A stretch of DNA of 20,000 bases from an uncultured virus (IMG/VR IMGVR_UViG_3300009551_000046) (lineage: Duplodnaviria > Heunggongvirae > Uroviricota > Caudoviricetes): IMG/VR virus record IMGVR_UViG_3300009551_000046; one strand, given 5' to 3'. Made by a program: the position numbers and the translations under genes. A model generated the notes under the pieces. It saw only the letters and a list, made by a program, of their open reading frames with translations, had not been told where the DNA came from and searched no databases. The number at the start of each line of letters is the position of its first letter. Position 1 is the first letter of the stretch. Shown here piece after piece: positions 1 to 8,023 of the stretch.

Positions 1-174
1 CGGATCGTCCTCTGGCGCTGTCTGCGGTTCAGTGCCGGCCGACATGATGCGGATAAAGGATTGTGCCACCTCGCCGGCCGGATAGGCTGCTCGCGTATCG
101 GCCGACCACTTCTCGACTTCATCCTCAATCGCTTCGCGCAACACCGCCGCACTATCGGCAGACTTCTTGCTCAT
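1..174 (-). CDS. hypothetical protein, 3' end truncated by window edge (MSKKSADSAAVLREAIEDEVEKWS...)
   Basis: Own translation: ATG at 174 overlaps the TGA of the ASCH gene (ATGA); the frame is open to position 1. Not in the ORF track. Confidence 0.7.
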   Translation of the reverse strand, partial: MSKKSADSAAVLREAIEDEVEKWSADTRAAYPAGEVAQSFIRIMSAGTEPQTAPEDDP

Positions 175-623
175 GTCATAGACTCCCATTTGATCAGAAG
201 GCCGTTGAACTCGCCGAGGCCGTGCTCCTGTTTCCAAAATTCGTGCATGTCCTCGGCGTGCTCAAAACCGTCGAGTTGGGCAAGCTCTCGCATGCCTCCC
301 GGATATTCGGCACTGCCGACTCCGACATGCTTGCCATCGACCTCCGTCGGCATGGAATGCTCTTTGACGACGATGCGGATCGGAAGGACGGCGGTGCAGC
401 GCCCCTCCCCGATCTTCTCGCATTGCTTCGTCCGCATGCCGTAATAGAGTTGCACCGCCTCGCCCGGGCGCGCGTGCCGGCGCCTGCCGATCGCGCGGAT
501 CGTCTGCCGCTTCGGTAGAGATGAGACGGCTAGATCACCGTCAATATCATCGATCGAATAGGGCAACCCAAGCCCAAGACGTATCGGCACGATGAAGCGC
601 TTCTTGAAACTGTAGGCGGGCAT
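171..623 (-). CDS. ASCH/PUA-like domain protein
   Basis: F..RF..PI..G...KRQTIR, RPGEAVQLYYGMRTK.C..IG...C and LAQLDGF....DM.EFW match the ASCH pattern; TGATG coupling to the upstream gene. Confidence 0.8.
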   Translation of the reverse strand: MPAYSFKKRFIVPIRLGLGLPYSIDDIDGDLAVSSLPKRQTIRAIGRRRHARPGEAVQLYYGMRTKQCEKIGEGRCTAVLPIRIVVKEHSMPTEVDGKHVGVGSAEYPGGMRELAQLDGFEHAEDMHEFWKQEHGLGEFNGLLIKWESMT

Positions 624-835
624 CAGCGCTTCTCACACTTTCGGCCGATGAACAGATCGGTGAACTTCGTCGAGCCGAGCTCCGGCAAACCATGTGCGAT
701 CATGTCTGCGCGGAAGAGCTCGACGGAGGTCGCGAGAACCCGCTGGCATGCCTCGTAGGTCGGCTCCGGCTTGCCTTCGATCGGCCTGCCGCTGCAAAGC
801 GCCTCGTATGTACAGATCAGAATCGGAATCCACAT
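623..835 (-). CDS. hypothetical protein, 70 aa, four Cys (MWIPILICTYEALC...)
   Basis: GGAGG SD at 841-845 (minus) before ATG 835; packs between neighbouring genes. Confidence 0.7.
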   Translation of the reverse strand: MWIPILICTYEALCSGRPIEGKPEPTYEACQRVLATSVELFRADMIAHGLPELGSTKFTDLFIGRKCEKR

Positions 836-837
836 GG

Positions 838-1449
838 TTACCTCCATTCTTTCTTGATCATCTTGTCGTTGAACAGCTTCACCCAATCCGACATCCAATC
901 AGTGTCGGGCGAAAGGGTGCCGTCGCAGATCATGTCGATGCAGCTACGGATCCTCGCGAGCGCGAGCTCGTCGCTGATTTCGATGAACTGCGCGGCAAAG
1001 TTCACCGGAGACATCCAGTGCCCCTCCGGGATGCCGTTCTCGATCATGCGGTTGCGATCCTTATTCGGATCAAGCGCGTAGACGTGCATCTCATGCGTCG
1101 CGCCGTCGACGTGAAACTTTGTCGGGCGGCTGTCGGGCATCGGGCGGAGATGAATCAGAATGATCGAATACGAATGCCAGATCGGATGCGCCCAAGGCGC
1201 TTCAACAACCCAATGCGCGAGACCGGCGTCATCTTCAGGGCGAACACCCATCAGCCTACGGCCGGCATCAAAATCGGCAAGCCAGGCGCGCCCCTTTAGC
1301 CCCGAGACGTCCGGCTGCTTTGTGACGACGTCCTTGATCTCAGACTGCGCATCGGGGCCGCCAATCGCGCGGGCGTTGCCGGCGCCGGTGCCGAGGACGG
1401 TCATCGTCCCGCCGTCCAAGATCAGGTTCACCTTGTCTTTGTCGCGCAT
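838..1449 (-). CDS. phage hypothetical protein (WAHPIWHSY...ATHE...ALDP)
   Basis: GAGGAG SD and TGATG overlap at 1449 favour the MRDKDK start; protein-like composition. Confidence 0.75.
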   Translation of the reverse strand: MRDKDKVNLILDGGTMTVLGTGAGNARAIGGPDAQSEIKDVVTKQPDVSGLKGRAWLADFDAGRRLMGVRPEDDAGLAHWVVEAPWAHPIWHSYSIILIHLRPMPDSRPTKFHVDGATHEMHVYALDPNKDRNRMIENGIPEGHWMSPVNFAAQFIEISDELALARIRSCIDMICDGTLSPDTDWMSDWVKLFNDKMIKKEWR

Positions 1450-1979
1450 CACTTTCTCCTCTTCGGGAATGACCGCTTCGGCCATCTTGTTTCGCCGGCC
1501 TTCATCTTCTTCTTCGACTTGGCGAAGCCGACAGATCGCCATTTCGAGGGATTCTTTTTCAGATCCTTTGCAGCGGCTGCTTTCTTCTGCCGGCGGCGTT
1601 CCCGCTTGATCAGCGTGATGTCGGAGAACTGTCCGTGATCGCCGCGGATGCGCGTCTTGACGTCGTGAGAGCCGTCGTGCTCGGCGCCGTGCGGCCGATA
1701 GGCGAGATATTCGGGATCGTTGGCTGCAGGCGTGTAGACGGTGCTCTTTCCCTCGCCGGTGCGCTCGCGCAGCGCAAGCGCGGGATCATGGTCAAGGCGG
1801 AGATCCTCCGGCAGACACATCAGGGCGTCGGCAAGCTGCCGCATTAGGAGCGCGTGTAGCCTGCCGAGACCGCGCGGTCTCGCCGTGATCACTGCATTCG
1901 GAAACATCTCTCCGAGTTGCCGGAGCAGAACCCGGCACTTCACCTCGAGCGGGATCGGCGGGCGGAAAAGTCGTGCCAT
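1449..1979 (-). CDS. HNH-like endonuclease family protein with basic C-terminal tail
   Basis: LDHDPAL...ANDPEYL...H..KT motif; no CxxC pairs; TGATG coupling at both ends. Confidence 0.6.
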   Translation of the reverse strand: MARLFRPPIPLEVKCRVLLRQLGEMFPNAVITARPRGLGRLHALLMRQLADALMCLPEDLRLDHDPALALRERTGEGKSTVYTPAANDPEYLAYRPHGAEHDGSHDVKTRIRGDHGQFSDITLIKRERRRQKKAAAAKDLKKNPSKWRSVGFAKSKKKMKAGETRWPKRSFPKRRK

Positions 1980-2737
1980 CAGAAGAGCTCCAGCTGCCCC
2001 AACGGGCCGGCCGCGACGGGTTTCGGCGCCGCTGCAAACGACTTCGGATAGAGCGCGGCCGCCGGCGTCGGCGTCGCCGAATGCTGCGCAAGGGTCAGTG
2101 TGTTGCCGTGCACGAAGATCCCCGAACTATCGGTCAGCGCGGCCTGCAGATAGGCGCCATGCAGCGCGCGCGCATCGACATCGACGGCCAGCCAATGCAC
2201 CTCGCGCGCGATGTCGAACCCGCGCTCACGGAGCACGAGGTTCGTTGCGAGGATCATCGCGCCGACGCCGCAGGACGGCTCCTGAATCGTGATATAGCGC
2301 TTGCCGTCGCGCAGCGCCTCGTCGCGGGTATGCGGGATCGCGAGCATCGCCATGACGCGGCAAAGGTCGAACGGGGTGAAGCATTGCCCCATGCCGGCAT
2401 CGGCCGCGACTTCGTTGAACACCGGGCCGATGAAGTCGACGGGCTCGGAGCCGAGCGCGAGCGCAGTCGCGCCGAGCATGACGGCAAGATCGTGCATCGT
2501 TTCCTGCGGCTTCCGGCAGGCCTTCACGATCCGCATATATTCGGCTTCGTTGTCGTCGAAGGCTTTGCCGGCGAGCAGCTTGCCGCGCACGGAGCGAAAG
2601 CCGGCCTCGAGGAAATGGCGCACGACTTCGCCGGCGCGCCATCCCTCGCGGTGCCCGATGTCGCGGAACGCCTCATAGAAATGGTCGAACGGCTTCCGGT
2701 GCGCGTCGGTCGTCAGGCGGACGTCACGCTTTTTCAT
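1979..2737 (-). CDS. N6-adenine MTase (HsdM)-like SAM-binding protein lacking motif IV
   Basis: GQCFTP (motif X), EPSCGVGAMI (motif I), AVDVD and HGNTL are present; no (N/D)PP(Y/F); ends in GQLELF. Confidence 0.8.
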   Translation of the reverse strand: MKKRDVRLTTDAHRKPFDHFYEAFRDIGHREGWRAGEVVRHFLEAGFRSVRGKLLAGKAFDDNEAEYMRIVKACRKPQETMHDLAVMLGATALALGSEPVDFIGPVFNEVAADAGMGQCFTPFDLCRVMAMLAIPHTRDEALRDGKRYITIQEPSCGVGAMILATNLVLRERGFDIAREVHWLAVDVDARALHGAYLQAALTDSSGIFVHGNTLTLAQHSATPTPAAALYPKSFAAAPKPVAAGPLGQLELF

Positions 2738-2740
2738 CGG

Positions 2741-2926
2741 CTAGACCCGCCCGTTGATGACTGCGTTATGCGCTCCGCCGTCCCTGTAACGCTCGGCTGC
2801 CGATCGGCAGCGTGCAGCGTATGCAAGCAGCATCTCGCGGCGCGGACTGTCCGCATCCTTAGCTTCTCGCTCCGACGTCTCGGCGTCGGAGATCAAGTCG
2901 GCAAGCGCGGCTTCATCAAGGGTCAT
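2741..2926 (-). CDS. hypothetical protein, 61 aa
   Basis: ATGA overlap with the upstream gene; AAGGA SD; fills the operon. Confidence 0.65.
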   Translation of the reverse strand: MTLDEAALADLISDAETSEREAKDADSPRREMLLAYAARCRSAAERYRDGGAHNAVINGRV

Positions 2927-3075
2927 TTCGCAGTGTCCTTGGCGGATCGAAGGATGCGGAGCACCTCTTCGCGGGCTTCGTCATTGGTCGGCTCGCGGCC
3001 GAGGCGGGCGGCGAGTCGGTTCCAGATCGTATCCGGATTGTCGTTGCGCCAAGTGATCCGGACTTCGAGCGGCAT
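2923..3075 (-). CDS. hypothetical protein, 50 aa (MPLEVRITWRNDNPDTIWNRLAARLGREPTNDEAREEVLRILRSAKDTAK)
   Basis: Own translation; starts 5 nt after the upstream stop and ends with an ATGA overlap on the next gene. Not in the ORF track. Confidence 0.7.
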   Translation of the reverse strand: MPLEVRITWRNDNPDTIWNRLAARLGREPTNDEAREEVLRILRSAKDTAK

Positions 3076-3080
3076 AGGAA

Positions 3081-3293
3081 TTATGCCTTCTGCTCGGCGC
3101 TCGCGCGGATGACGAGGTCGCAGGCGTGCTGCGCAGCCTCGGCGGTCTTGAACAGGCGCCGGCGCCGCCCATTGGGCGTGTGCAGAAACTTGCCGTTGAC
3201 CATGGCGCCGTAGCTGAAGCGGCCATGACCGAAATCGACCGGGCCGGTGTGATCCGGGTTGTTGAAGGCTTGACGCGCGGTGATCGTTTCCAT
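3081..3293 (-). CDS. hypothetical protein, 70 aa
   Basis: AGAGGA SD upstream; operon context. Confidence 0.7.
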   Translation of the reverse strand: METITARQAFNNPDHTGPVDFGHGRFSYGAMVNGKFLHTPNGRRRRLFKTAEAAQHACDLVIRASAEQKA

Positions 3294-3329
3294 TGGTCGT
3301 TCCTCTTTGGCGGAAAGGGAGAGGCGACG

Positions 3330-3524
3330 TCAGACCGACGTCGCGCGTTTTCGGGATTGACGATCTTGCAGGATCTGCGCGATGTCGCGCAGCTGATCAT
3401 GGGTCGTTTGGCTGTCGTATAGGAACCAAACGATGCGCGTCGCGATCTCCTCGCTTCCCGCAAAGTCGGTCAGCATGTCCGCAGTTCGCTCGTGCTGACC
3501 TTTCAAAGTGCCGCCTGAATACAT
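3330..3524 (-). CDS. hypothetical protein, 64 aa
   Basis: GGAG SD about 7 nt before ATG 3524; fills the gap. Confidence 0.65.
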   Translation of the reverse strand: MYSGGTLKGQHERTADMLTDFAGSEEIATRIVWFLYDSQTTHDQLRDIAQILQDRQSRKRATSV

Positions 3525-3594
3525 GGCGAGTCTCCGTTTTCTTGGCGTACCGCATCAAGCGGTGGAGAAGCGCAGATGTCCACACCCCGGAGGC

Positions 3595-3831
3595 CTACTT
3601 TTTCGGGTGCCGCCGGATCTCCCGGGCCGTCGGGTTCTGCCGCTTGTCGGTCTTTCGCGCCTTCGGCGGCTTCGGCTTAATCGCCGCGATCTTCTCCCGG
3701 AGCTCAGAGGAAGAAACCTTCGCCTTCGCCTCCCGCTCCGCCGCCTTCTGATCGCGCTCGGCGCGCTCGGCGCGGGCCTCCCGCTGTTCGAGGAGCCACC
3801 GCTCCTTTGGCCCCATTTTGGAGTCGGACAT
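3595..3831 (-). CDS. small basic/charged coiled-coil hypothetical protein (MSDSKMGPKERWLLEQRE...)
   Basis: AGGAG SD before ATG 3831; K/R/E/A-rich helical composition; overlaps the tail of the upstream gene by 128 nt. Confidence 0.65.
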   Translation of the reverse strand: MSDSKMGPKERWLLEQREARAERAERDQKAAEREAKAKVSSSELREKIAAIKPKPPKARKTDKRQNPTAREIRRHPKK

Positions 3832-4315
3832 CGCGCTCTCCTGCAGTCTCTTCGGGTTGGGGATCGCCAAGGACGGAGCAGGCGAACCGGATGATCCGTG
3901 ACGAGCCGAGGCCTCGAACTCCGTCCCACGGTTTCAGGTAATCCGCGCCGGCGTGCCGGGTGCGGTTGTGAAAGCTGACTTGGCCGAACTCCGGGAGATC
4001 AATGTAGAGGACATACTCAAAGCCGACGGCGGCTCGGTCATATCCCCATCCCCAGGCGATTCCTTCCTGCTCGGCGAACTTTGCGAGGATGTCGGAAAGC
4101 AACCCGATCGACCAATCCTTGCGCTCGTATGCCTGCCGCTTGTAGGAACCGTTCTTGTTGCCGCCGCGGTATTTCTTCGCCCGCTCGGAGTTCTTGCAGG
4201 CGCGCAGCAGGTTCAGCGCGATCTCGCCGCGCGGGCCAATGGCGCGGAGACGGTTGTAAACCGCGATCGTCGCGTCGGCATCGGAGCCGTTATAGGCATC
4301 GTTGACAGAGCTCAT
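3704..4315 (-). CDS. phage hypothetical protein with LYIDLP.GQVSFH...WDG motif (WDGH-like family)
   Basis: GAGGT SD and ATGA overlap with the ATPase stop; conserved-looking motif VLYIDLPEFGQVSFH...DYLKPWDG. Confidence 0.75.
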   Translation of the reverse strand: MSSVNDAYNGSDADATIAVYNRLRAIGPRGEIALNLLRACKNSERAKKYRGGNKNGSYKRQAYERKDWSIGLLSDILAKFAEQEGIAWGWGYDRAAVGFEYVLYIDLPEFGQVSFHNRTRHAGADYLKPWDGVRGLGSSRIIRFACSVLGDPQPEETAGERDVRLQNGAKGAVAPRTAGGPRRARRARSEGGGAGGEGEGFFL

Positions 4316-6021
4316 GTCAGCACCTCGCGCGCCCAATCTGAAACCTGTACGCGGCCGGCGCCGGACCGCTGCAGCACGTCGATCGCGGTCAGGCTGCCGA
4401 CGATATTGTTGAAATTGCCGCTTCCGGCTTGATACCCGGAGGCGCCGGCGAGATCGGAACGGGTCATGTTGCCGCGCCCCATGCTCAGGGCGGCATCCAA
4501 AACCCGCAGCTGCGGCGTCTCAAGGATCGAGCGCAGCTGGTCGCGAGCAGCCTCGGGCCCGATCGCCGAAACCTCGCAGATAAGCGCAAGCCGGCCAGGC
4601 GTCGGGATGCGGACCCTTTCCCCGCTCACGAGACCGCCGACGATGTTGTTGAAGTTCCCGGAACCGGCCTTGTAACCGGCCGCGGCGGCAACCTGCTCTC
4701 GCGTCGGCTCATTGTGTCCGACCGATCGCCAAAAGGCGAGGGATTGGAGCACCCGGAGGGCGGGCTTTGTCAGGCCGTCGGGCGTCGGCGCCGGAAGGGG
4801 GCGAGCCGTGGCAGGCCGGGGCACCGGTGCGGCGGCCGGCGCGGGCCGCTGTGTCGGGTAGGGGGCGGCTGCGCGCGTCTGTACGGGCTCCGTAGCAGCT
4901 GCGGCCCAAAGCGAAAACTGTCCGGCGGCATTGGCGGCGTCATGAGCGATTGTTCCGACCCTTTGAAATGCCGCGATGATCGGATCGCATTTCGCTGCGA
5001 CCTCGCGCATCGCCCGCTCGTAACCATCGGAGCGGCCGTTCTGATAGGCGGTTTCGATCGCCTGCAGATCGGGCTTCCCAGCAGTCGCCTTCAGCCGAGA
5101 GATCTCTGCTCGCAATGCCTTCGGGTCGTTGGCCTTGGTCTCCGCCTCGACGGCGGCGAGGCGTTCCCGCAGCTTCCCGAGATCGACGGCGCCGAGCACC
5201 GCGTTCGGGCGCGTCTCGCCGCGCTTCGGCGCCCGCGACGAGTCAAACGTCGCCTTGGCCGGAAAGCTGACCGTTTTCAGGATTTCACGAGCCGGAAACC
5301 AGATCATGCCGTCTCCGCGGGAGAGGCTCGGCAGCGAGGCGATCATCTTCCGGCCCTCGATCTTGTCGGCCTGGCCGTCGATCCAGCCGCCGATCGCGTC
5401 ACGGTCCTGCGACGCGGTCAGTTTCATCGCGACGATCCCGTCGGATTGGCTCAGAACATCCTTCGAGAGTACGGCCGGGCGTTGCGTGATCAGCCATGGA
5501 ACGAAGCCGCGGGCGCGGCCGCGGCGAACAAGCGTTTCCATCATGCCGAGAAGTTTCGCGGCGTCGCCGTCCTTGTCGAGCAGGCGCTGCGGCGCCCACA
5601 TATCGGCTTCGTCGAAAACGACGTGCAGCTGCTCGCCGTTGATGCCGCGGTACAGCGCGGTCAGGAAGGCGAGCATGAACCGGCGCTCGCCGGCCTTCGT
5701 GCCGATCCTGCTCAGATCAAGGATGCAGCTTTGCGCCATGCCGGCGACAGCCTCGCCGATCACGGCGCCGGCGGTTTCGGTCAGCGCGAGGTCACCATGA
5801 TCACCGCCGAAGATCGGCAGATCGAAAGCAGGCGTCTTGCCGTCGGCGTGCAGCCGCAGCCCCCACCACACGCCGAGCGGATCGACGATGACGACTCGAG
5901 AACCCATGTCGAGCAGCATCTCGACGGCGAGCATTGCCGTGTACGTCTTGCCGCTGCCGGACATGCCGACAATCGAGATGCGGTCGTCGAGCGCGGCCGT
6001 TGGGATCGGAAACATCTTCAT
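4312..6021 (-). CDS. HerA/FtsK-superfamily P-loop ATPase (DUF87-like) with coiled coil, Pro/Ala linker and two C-terminal winged-helix-like repeats
   Basis: Walker A GMSGSGKT, IVDPLG, Walker B VVFDEAD, RRGRARG (arginine finger region), LITQRPA..SKDVLSQ; repeated GY(K/Q)AGSGNFNNIVG(G/S)L. Confidence 0.88.
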   Translation of the reverse strand: MKMFPIPTAALDDRISIVGMSGSGKTYTAMLAVEMLLDMGSRVVIVDPLGVWWGLRLHADGKTPAFDLPIFGGDHGDLALTETAGAVIGEAVAGMAQSCILDLSRIGTKAGERRFMLAFLTALYRGINGEQLHVVFDEADMWAPQRLLDKDGDAAKLLGMMETLVRRGRARGFVPWLITQRPAVLSKDVLSQSDGIVAMKLTASQDRDAIGGWIDGQADKIEGRKMIASLPSLSRGDGMIWFPAREILKTVSFPAKATFDSSRAPKRGETRPNAVLGAVDLGKLRERLAAVEAETKANDPKALRAEISRLKATAGKPDLQAIETAYQNGRSDGYERAMREVAAKCDPIIAAFQRVGTIAHDAANAAGQFSLWAAAATEPVQTRAAAPYPTQRPAPAAAPVPRPATARPLPAPTPDGLTKPALRVLQSLAFWRSVGHNEPTREQVAAAAGYKAGSGNFNNIVGGLVSGERVRIPTPGRLALICEVSAIGPEAARDQLRSILETPQLRVLDAALSMGRGNMTRSDLAGASGYQAGSGNFNNIVGSLTAIDVLQRSGAGRVQVSDWAREVLT

Positions 6022-6347
6022 GAATTGCCCCTCTGTTCAAAATGTTCGAGAGCCGCGCGGATCGTTTTCCAGCGGCCGATGACGAGCTCGGCAACGGCAC
6101 GAAGGCTGCCGGGTTCATAGCCGCTCGGCGTCTTGCGCCGCTCGGCGTTGGCGATTTCCTTTTCGATCTTCAGCGCGGTGTCGGATGCCCGGCCCGGCGC
6201 GTCGGCGCGCAGATCCGCGGCGATCGCCTTCAGGATCAGGTACGTGTCGCGCTCTCCCTCGATCGACGACGACCGGGCGGGGCGCCATTGCGTGATGAAG
6301 TGCTCGACGACTTCGATCTTCTCCTGCTTTGTGAATTCACCGGCCAT
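6018..6347 (-). CDS. hypothetical protein, 109 aa
   Basis: Overlaps both neighbours (ATGA at 6018-6021); AAGGA SD; helical composition. Confidence 0.75.
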   Translation of the reverse strand: MAGEFTKQEKIEVVEHFITQWRPARSSSIEGERDTYLILKAIAADLRADAPGRASDTALKIEKEIANAERRKTPSGYEPGSLRAVAELVIGRWKTIRAALEHFEQRGNS

Positions 6348-6861
6348 GGCGCTTTGCTTCCTTTTCCAACTGCGGACGCGTCGTCCGGGACATTGAGGCG
6401 ATCATGTCGAGCACGTCCTGTTTCGACTTCTCGAACGTCTCTTTTTTCATCGCCGCGTGAGATTGCGACTCGGCCTCCCAAACGATCAGCGTGTTTTCCT
6501 TCAAAGCCATCACTGCGTAGGGACTCATGCGCCGGATGTCGGCTGCAAGCTTGCGGGCCTCTTTCGAGTTCGCGAGGACATAGTTCGTTTCCGTGCAGAA
6601 CCCACACTGCACAAGACACCAATGCCTGAGGTGCTCGGCGGTCGGAAACTTCTTCGCGTTCTCCTCCGAGAGGTTATTGAAGCCCTCGGCGATCGCCGCG
6701 AAATAGTGATTGTGCGAGGCGCGTGACCGCTCCTCGACGGGCAACATCGGATAGACTTCGCCGACCGTGTATTCGCGCGAGCAGTAATGCTTGAAGGACG
6801 GCTCCGGCCGAAAGACGTCGCCGTCCCATTTCAGGAACACCGGGCGCGGGCGCCGAGCCAT
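6337..6861 (-). CDS. DUF1367/NinB-like recombination accessory protein
   Basis: RS..SHNHYFA.I...EHLRHWCL..CG and SQSHAAM....F......VLD.I resemble the DUF1367/NinB pattern; lies downstream of the exonuclease. Confidence 0.65.
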   Translation of the reverse strand: MARRPRPVFLKWDGDVFRPEPSFKHYCSREYTVGEVYPMLPVEERSRASHNHYFAAIAEGFNNLSEENAKKFPTAEHLRHWCLVQCGFCTETNYVLANSKEARKLAADIRRMSPYAVMALKENTLIVWEAESQSHAAMKKETFEKSKQDVLDMIASMSRTTRPQLEKEAKRHGR

Positions 6862-7289
6862 CAGCGGAGCCTTGCCTTGATCATCTCGCTAGCGGCTTTA
6901 AAGGCAAGCCATGCCATCTCTTCGGAAGAGAGCGGCTCGCTGCACGAGTTCTGAGAGACGATGCCGGCTAGCGCCTGTCCGGCATACCAATCCCGGAGCG
7001 ACATGCCGCGTTGCCCGGGGGCATTGTCAGTTTGATAGTCCTCACGGGGAAAGGCGGGGCCGCCATCATGCAGCGGCGTTCCCGGGCTGCGCGCCTTCTC
7101 CGCGACGATGCCAGCCATGGTGTTTTCAAGGTCGGGATACAGAACCCGGTAAAGTTCGCCGTTGACCGCGATCAGAAACTTGCGCTGATCGTCCGGCTCT
7201 CCCTCGCGAAAGATGATGCCGATGAACTCGTAGCCCCCGACGACGTGACGCTCGACAACGATCATGTTGTCGTCAACCTTGGCGCTCAT
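6861..7289 (-). CDS. phage hypothetical protein with C-terminal GGPAFP...GMSLRDWYAGQAL module
   Basis: Common phage motif GMSLRD(W/Y)(F/Y)A..A...A..A..M..AR; coupled at both ends. Confidence 0.75.
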   Translation of the reverse strand: MSAKVDDNMIVVERHVVGGYEFIGIIFREGEPDDQRKFLIAVNGELYRVLYPDLENTMAGIVAEKARSPGTPLHDGGPAFPREDYQTDNAPGQRGMSLRDWYAGQALAGIVSQNSCSEPLSSEEMAWLAFKAASEMIKARLR

Positions 7290-8023
7290 GCACCCATCCT
7301 CCTGATTTTCTCGACGAGCATTCGCGTCTCGTATTCGAATGTCTCAACCGCGCGCGCGATCTCGCGGATGAACGTCTCGTCGCGGCGGACCGTGAACACC
7401 GGATTCACCGGCATGCCGCGGTAGTAGAGGAGGAGATCAACCTCCTCCAAATCGGCAATCCACATCGTTCCGTGCACTTGGGCGCGGTGCTCCGGCGGCA
7501 TCCCGGCTCCGGCGAGCAGGCGCTCGATCATCAGATCGGGTGCCATGGTCTTGATCTCGAGCGCCTTCTTCTCGCCGATCATCCCGTCGGGAGAGCATCC
7601 AGCCCACCCGCCGCTCGGCAGTCGCCGGCGGATGAAGCCGACGCGGCGGACGTCAACGAAGTGTCGGCGCTCGTAATAGGCGCGCGCCTCGGGCTCCATT
7701 TCGTTGCCGCGCGTCATCGCCGCAGTCTTGATCTTGCCCTCGGCGATCTCGCCGGTCAGGATCTCACCGGCGAGCAACCGCAGCAGCCGGGAGCGGGTCT
7801 TGCTCTCCTCGTCGTCGCGGCCGGTCGCCATCATGACGCGGAAGTTTGACGCCGTCGGCACGCCGAGTCGGATCGTGAACCATTCCTCGCTGCCCTGCTC
7901 GACGTCGTCGAACACCTCGACGGTCGCAGGGGCGACCGGCGGCGGGGGCGCCTTGGCCGGCGGCGGCGACACTGCCGGGACGTGCCTACGGGGCGGCGGA
8001 GCGGCAACCGGGCGCCTAGCCAT
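7286..8023 (-). CDS. YqaJ-like viral recombinase / lambda-type 5'-3' exonuclease
   Basis: QGSEEWF..RLG..TAS, G...EPEAR..Y, GCSPDG, LEIK, Q....MW motifs; follows the ERF gene. Confidence 0.92.
   Translation of the reverse strand: MARRPVAAPPPRRHVPAVSPPPAKAPPPPVAPATVEVFDDVEQGSEEWFTIRLGVPTASNFRVMMATGRDDEESKTRSRLLRLLAGEILTGEIAEGKIKTAAMTRGNEMEPEARAYYERRHFVDVRRVGFIRRRLPSGGWAGCSPDGMIGEKKALEIKTMAPDLMIERLLAGAGMPPEHRAQVHGTMWIADLEEVDLLLYYRGMPVNPVFTVRRDETFIREIARAVETFEYETRMLVEKIRRMGA

Noticed and set aside
2735..2743. TAG-CCG-ATG in-frame junction suggesting amber read-through or a recoded genetic code
   Set aside because: No conserved gene contains an internal TAG and other TAG stops do not join sensible frames; in-frame adjacency has a 1-in-3 chance.
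3294..3330. Possible intrinsic terminator between small genes
   Set aside because: The imperfect stem has no U-tract on the coding strand; at most an SD-sequestering hairpin.
4429..6120. 563-aa plus-strand ORF (also 1973-3112 and 9238-10341)
   Set aside because: Antisense shadows of well-supported minus-strand genes, common in high-GC DNA; no motifs.
4312..6347. HerA-based anti-phage defence system (Sir2-HerA, HerA-DUF4297 type)
   Set aside because: No recognisable effector partner; the gene lies inside a phage early operon with matching composition.
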